From Candidatus Bathyarchaeota archaeon (GTDB lineage: Archaea > Thermoproteota > Bathyarchaeia > 40CM-2-53-6 > RBG-13-38-9), in the NCBI GenBank assembly GCA_963807605.1, contig CAWECG010000004.1:64001-128000 (forward strand): a DNA stretch of 64,000 bases, read 5' to 3'. The notes beneath the pieces were generated by a model. It did no database searches. It saw nothing but the letters and a program-made list of their open reading frames with translations, and was not told the DNA's origin. Of this stretch, positions 59,630 through 64,000 are shown one piece after another (position 1 is the stretch's first letter; each line of letters opens with the position of its first letter). The position numbers were made by a program, and so were the translations under genes.

Positions 59630-61045
59630 TTGGTTTTGCAAGTATTCAACACAATGACTGGAACCGAGGAAGAGTTCAAACCCATCCACGGAAACAGGGT
59701 GAATATGTTTGTATGCGGTCCGACAGTGTATGACCACGCGCATATCGGCCATGCGAGAACGTATCTGGCCTACGACGTGATAGCTAGATATTTGCGATTC
59801 AAGGGTTACAGCGTCTTCTACTTGATGAATATAACTGATGTCGATGATAAGATCATCGACAGAGCCAAAGAAAGAGACACCCATCCTCTAGCTCTCTCTA
59901 AGCACTTCACGCGAGAATTCATTCGCGATCTAATGCTGCTTAATGTATCATCTGTAAATCTCTTTGCAAAGGCTTCGGAGCACATTCCTGAGATAATCGA
60001 TCAGGTCAAAGTACTCCTGACGAAAGACTGCGCCTACGTGGTTGACGGCGATGTCTACTTTAACATCTCAAAATTCCCAGACTATGGTAAGTTATCTCAC
60101 CAAAGACCTGAAGAGCTGAAGAAACATAGGATCGAACCAGATCCCAGAAAGAGAGATCCTAGTGACTTCTCACTGTGGAAGAGTCGAGAAAAGCGCGAGT
60201 TGGGGTGGGATAGCCCGTGGGGTTGGGGAAGGCCAGGGTGGCATATAGAAGACACCGCAATAACTGAGACATACTTTGGTCCCCAATACGATATTCATGG
60301 AGGCGCTATCGAACTCGTATTCCCACACCATGAAGCAGAGATTGCTCAAGAGGAGTCTGCAAGCGGAAAAAAGCCGCTGGTCAAGTACTGGATACACACA
60401 GGGATGGTGAATGTAAAAGGACAAAAGATGTCGAAGTCGCTGGGGAACTTTGTAACAATCAGAGAAGTACTCGAAAAGTACAGTCCAAACGTCCTAAGAG
60501 TCTTCTTCGCCTCAAGCCACTACCAGAGTCCCATAGACTACAGCGAGGCAAATCTCCGGAATGCTCAAGATAACTATCTCCGGATAGCAAATGCTCACTC
60601 CGAAACCCAGAAGTCATTGGCTACCGCAAAGTCCAAGGAAAATCCCGAAGAGGTCAGCTTCCTGAAGATAACCGAAGATTTTGCGAAGCAATTCATTGAA
60701 GCAATGGACGACGACTTCAACACTCCTGTCGCCCTCTCAATCATGCTCTCCTTCGCAAAAAAGCTTGAGAATTATGCTAAGGAAAACCCGGAGAAGAACA
60801 CACTCTCCAAGGCACTAGGCATCCTCAACGATTTCACCTTAATACTCGGAATCGAGTTCTCTGGAAACCATGTTCCACAAGTGGGAATTGTCGAAGACCT
60901 TATGGACCTAATTGTGGATGTGAGAGAAGTGGCTAGAAAGAAGGGTGATTGGGAAATGGCTGACGAGATAAGGCGAAGGCTAGACTCTCTCAAAATAACT
61001 CTTGAAGATACCTCCGCAGGGACGCGCTGGCGAAGAATGGACTAA
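59630..61045 (+). CDS. cysS: Cysteine--tRNA ligase
   Basis: CGPTVYD, HIGH, GRPGWHIE, KMSKS. Confidence 0.97.
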   Translation: MVLQVFNTMTGTEEEFKPIHGNRVNMFVCGPTVYDHAHIGHARTYLAYDVIARYLRFKGYSVFYLMNITDVDDKIIDRAKERDTHPLALSKHFTREFIRDLMLLNVSSVNLFAKASEHIPEIIDQVKVLLTKDCAYVVDGDVYFNISKFPDYGKLSHQRPEELKKHRIEPDPRKRDPSDFSLWKSREKRELGWDSPWGWGRPGWHIEDTAITETYFGPQYDIHGGAIELVFPHHEAEIAQEESASGKKPLVKYWIHTGMVNVKGQKMSKSLGNFVTIREVLEKYSPNVLRVFFASSHYQSPIDYSEANLRNAQDNYLRIANAHSETQKSLATAKSKENPEEVSFLKITEDFAKQFIEAMDDDFNTPVALSIMLSFAKKLENYAKENPEKNTLSKALGILNDFTLILGIEFSGNHVPQVGIVEDLMDLIVDVREVARKKGDWEMADEIRRRLDSLKITLEDTSAGTRWRRMD

Positions 61046-61197
61046 TTCTAGATCCCTCGCCACATTTCATAGCTCTTGAGCTTTTTCGAACCGGATGAGA
61101 AAATCTAATAGACGAGCATAGTGAACTGTAATGTTTAATAATTATATTGTCTTTCTATCACTCAGTAACGGTGTTTTTATTGGCAAAAAGAGGTTCG

Positions 61198-61542
61198 ATG
61201 GAGCAAGACGTCCTCAATATGGTTATGAATGCAGGCGACAACGGGCTTCTCCAGTCAGAGCTTTGGAAGATAATCACGGCTGACAGTAGAGAAGGCTCAC
61301 GAGCCATACTAAGGCTTGAAAGAAAGAGGCTGATCGAGCGTCGAAAAGAACTGTTTGATGGAAGATGGACCTATAGGATCTTAGCCAAGAGAAAGATTCC
61401 AAGAGTGGACTCTATAATAGCCATACCATGTGCATTCTGCGATCTCGAAACTAGATGTAGTCAATCGGGTCTTGTCTCCCCTGCGAAATGTGACAGATTA
61501 ACTGTCTGGTTGAAGAATCTCGCAACAGCTAAGTCTGCTTAA
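61198..61542 (+). CDS. TFE-beta/RPC34-like protein (wHTH + Fe-S cysteine cluster)
   Basis: GLLQSELWK...SREGSR wHTH; PCAFC..RC..VSPAKC..L..WL. Confidence 0.8.
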   Translation: MEQDVLNMVMNAGDNGLLQSELWKIITADSREGSRAILRLERKRLIERRKELFDGRWTYRILAKRKIPRVDSIIAIPCAFCDLETRCSQSGLVSPAKCDRLTVWLKNLATAKSA

Positions 61543-61664
61543 GTATCATCCTTCGCGGAAGCACTTACGATTCCTGCAACTTCGCTGACACAGTGTATAG
61601 TCTTACGTGGGCACTAAGAGATGATCCCCTTCAGGGAACACGTTCCAAAGTCGGAATATTGTAA

Positions 61665-62324
61665 ATGACCAAAAACTCCTCTTGGATTCAAAGACGGCGC
61701 AAAGACCAGTACTATAAACTGGCGAAAGACAAAGGCTATCGAAGCAGGGCCGCCTTCAAACTTTCACAAATGATTGAAAGCTATCGATTCATCCAGAGGG
61801 GTGACCGGGTTATCGAACTTGGGGCCGCCCCCGGAGGCTGGACTCAAGTAGTTGCTAAGACAGTTGGAACGGGGGGCTACGTCCTAGGAGTGGACATCAA
61901 ACCGATTGAGCCACTTGACCAGCCCCAAGTAGAATTTCTAAAGCTCGATATAACTTCCGATCCCATAATCGAAGCTCTCACAGAGAAGTTTCCCAATAAG
62001 GTTGACGCCATTATTTCGGACGTCTCGCCGAACATCTCCGGCGCATGGGATGTTGACCATTCGAGACAGATTTACTTGGCTCAGAAATCACTTGAACTGG
62101 CACGAACTCTTTTGAAGCTGAAGGGAAACTTCCTTGTTAAGATCTTTCAAGGTAGCGAAACGGATCAATTCCTGAAGGAAATTAGAGAGAATTTCCGCAT
62201 AGTCAGAATCATTAGGCCGCGTGCTACCAGAACATCTAGTTCTGAAATCTACGTTCTAGGTTTGGTTTTCCTCAACCGACCTAGATCACAGATGGAACCC
62301 ACAGATCCTAACTCGCTTTCCTAA
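61665..62324 (+). CDS. rlmE: 23S rRNA Um2552 methyltransferase RlmE/FtsJ
   Basis: YRSRAAFKL, LGAAPGGW, SD.SPN.SG, SSEIY. Confidence 0.95.
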   Translation: MTKNSSWIQRRRKDQYYKLAKDKGYRSRAAFKLSQMIESYRFIQRGDRVIELGAAPGGWTQVVAKTVGTGGYVLGVDIKPIEPLDQPQVEFLKLDITSDPIIEALTEKFPNKVDAIISDVSPNISGAWDVDHSRQIYLAQKSLELARTLLKLKGNFLVKIFQGSETDQFLKEIRENFRIVRIIRPRATRTSSSEIYVLGLVFLNRPRSQMEPTDPNSLS

Positions 62325-63435
62325 TCAAAGCCTCAATAGAATCAACAGATGCATTCGTCTTGAAAGCCCTTCCGTCAAAGTGAGTTCTCGTTGCAATATG
62401 GCCTTGGCTCTTCAAACCCTCAATTATTACACTTGGACTCGGAGTAGCCAAACCTAGCCTGTCGCAGATTGCATCGACTGTGTAAAAGGTTGGAGGGGAA
62501 TTGGCTTCCTCCAATTCTAGAAGAAGCAGCCTAGAGAGCCTATTATTCTTCTCTCCCCCTATGTGAAATGCGATCAACCTTTTGCAGAAATCTTCGTCTG
62601 ATAATCTACCCAGAAAGAGCGGTCCTGCCAAAGTAGTTGGGCGATCACATCTTGTGCATTTGTTGTATTTGATCGGGCCAGCGAAGGTCGTTCGCGCGAG
62701 ACAATTGAAACAATGAGATATGTGCCCCATCTCAACAAGATTCTTATCAGCGCCTTTGGCTGACCGGCTTACTCTAACGTATGTACGAACATAATGGTCT
62801 GTGCTGTGTGAGAATTTTACATCAACTGCCATATTATGTCTGGCAGCTGTCACTATCAGTGATCCGAGGAGTAACCTCAGTGCAACTTCACGTGAGTACT
62901 CACTTCTCAATGGTCTGCCTCCATATCTTCTGTAGCAGGTGCGAGGTTTGGCTCCACAGAGAACGGCCATATCGGTAGCCGTCATGGCCAGAAATCCGCC
63001 ATTGATCAATGCTCTGAGGGCCGAGTCCATGTATGGTACGGGCGAGCCGTACGGATCAAGGTCTATGAGGTGCAGTCTCTTTCCGGGTACTGAGTGTAGG
63101 TTAAGGAAGACATTTGCATCCATGCACTGGACATCGATCTTACTTGCGAGGTTATTGACAACAGAATTGTAGTAAGTGACTGCAGCCGCGTTTGGTTCTA
63201 TGTCGTTTAGTAAGATCTGTTCTGTATCCGCCACTTCCGACGCATACCTCAACCCGCGTATTCCTGAACCAGTCATGGGATCAGCGATCCTCAGTTTTCT
63301 CTTGAAATCGGACCGAAAGGATCGGGCGACTAGAATCGAGATATCTCTGTTCAAGATCATTCTCGGATTGTAGAACACGTTTGAGCTGTCACCCTTAGAT
63401 TGCAGTACGAACTTAATTGAGCTCTCAACTAACAT
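62308..63435 (-). CDS. trm1: tRNA (guanine26-N2)-dimethyltransferase
   Basis: VFYNPRM..NRD, GSGIRGLRY, DLDPYGSP, TATD. Confidence 0.95.
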   Translation of the reverse strand: MLVESSIKFVLQSKGDSSNVFYNPRMILNRDISILVARSFRSDFKRKLRIADPMTGSGIRGLRYASEVADTEQILLNDIEPNAAAVTYYNSVVNNLASKIDVQCMDANVFLNLHSVPGKRLHLIDLDPYGSPVPYMDSALRALINGGFLAMTATDMAVLCGAKPRTCYRRYGGRPLRSEYSREVALRLLLGSLIVTAARHNMAVDVKFSHSTDHYVRTYVRVSRSAKGADKNLVEMGHISHCFNCLARTTFAGPIKYNKCTRCDRPTTLAGPLFLGRLSDEDFCKRLIAFHIGGEKNNRLSRLLLLELEEANSPPTFYTVDAICDRLGLATPSPSVIIEGLKSQGHIATRTHFDGRAFKTNASVDSIEALIRKAS

Positions 63436-63565
63436 TCGCGTTCCGAATGAGCGATTTAGAGCGACAGATGAGCACCTCAGATGAGAGTTGGGTTTGCGCT
63501 GGTTCTATTAGGGTGTGGGTGGATAAGCCCTTGATAAAAGCTCTGCCAAATAGGATACGGTCTCG

Positions 63566-64000
63566 TTGTTTGAAGCTATTCTGGTCACCGGGGTTCCAGG
63601 TGTAGGCAAGACCACCTTAACCCTGAAGATTGTAGAAGCCGTTAGAGCCGAAGGGTACGTCGTCGGAGGAATGATTACAGAAGAGATTAGGGAAAACGGG
63701 GTAAGGACTGGTTTCGAGATACTGGATCTGCTCACTGGTTCAAAGGGATTACTGGCGCATGTGGATGTTGAAGATGGTCATAGCGTCGGAAAATACAAAG
63801 TTGATGCTAAGAGCCTTGAAGGAGTTGGAGTCGCTGCAATTGTTAACAGTCTTGAGCGGCAGAATGTCGATCTCCTCGTGGTCGATGAGCTGGGTCCTAT
63901 GGAGTTCTCTAGCAAGAAGTTTAGAGAAGCGGCGAAAGAGGCATTGACTGGAATCAAGCCTTTTCTTGGAACGGTTCAATTCAGACTTCGTAAGCAGCTC
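63566..64000 (+). CDS. THEP1-family NTPase (3' partial; absent from ORF track)
   Basis: ILVTGVPGVGKTT, GGMITEEIRE.G.R.GF, VGKYKV, VVDELGPME. Confidence 0.92.
   Translation, partial: MFEAILVTGVPGVGKTTLTLKIVEAVRAEGYVVGGMITEEIRENGVRTGFEILDLLTGSKGLLAHVDVEDGHSVGKYKVDAKSLEGVGVAAIVNSLERQNVDLLVVDELGPMEFSSKKFREAAKEALTGIKPFLGTVQFRLRKQL

Noticed and set aside
213-63979. Many antisense or overlapping ORFs in the track (e.g. 926-1321, 9744-10265, 19504-19983, 58443-59063)
   Set aside because: Shadow frames of well-supported genes with no motifs of their own.

Overview
Archaeal chromosomal DNA. Histone, Alba, SMC-ScpA-ScpB, eL38, TFB, a TFE-beta/RPC34-like protein and intron-rich tRNAs point to a TACK lineage, most plausibly Bathyarchaeia (inference). 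(1) 1-1.9 kb: livF, a DUF296 gene and two divergent tRNA genes with three introns each: tRNA-Asn(GTT), including an apparent intron at position 8/9, and tRNA-Ile2(CAT). (2) 1.86-25.5 kb: a ~23.6 kb genomic island integrated at the 3' end of tRNA-Ile2, with a tyrosine integrase and a 27/29 bp att duplication. It is a mosaic of short modules: Hef-like helicase, metal transporters, Zn-ferredoxin, two HEPN-like genes, a DOT1/aKMT-like methyltransferase, two AT-hook proteins, an AbiE pair, flavodoxin, MBL hydrolase, a duplicated CPBP protease, two proteins with a shared PVGG C-terminal anchor, and IS remnants. The modules are punctuated by a recurring intergenic motif (core TAGCTGGTGAG) whose longer copies mimic the tRNA T-loop/CCA att site. 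This suggests an integron-like cassette array and is the leading candidate for a novel system. (3) 25.6-64 kb: mostly core informational and housekeeping genes, a two-intron tRNA-Glu, a second solo tyrosine recombinase and an unannotated 31-aa Glu/Trp micropeptide upstream of ABCE1. About ten single-base indels in short homopolymers, including in SMC and a SAMP gene, look like assembly errors, so frameshifted genes should not be assumed dead. All family calls come from motif recognition by eye; no searches were run.
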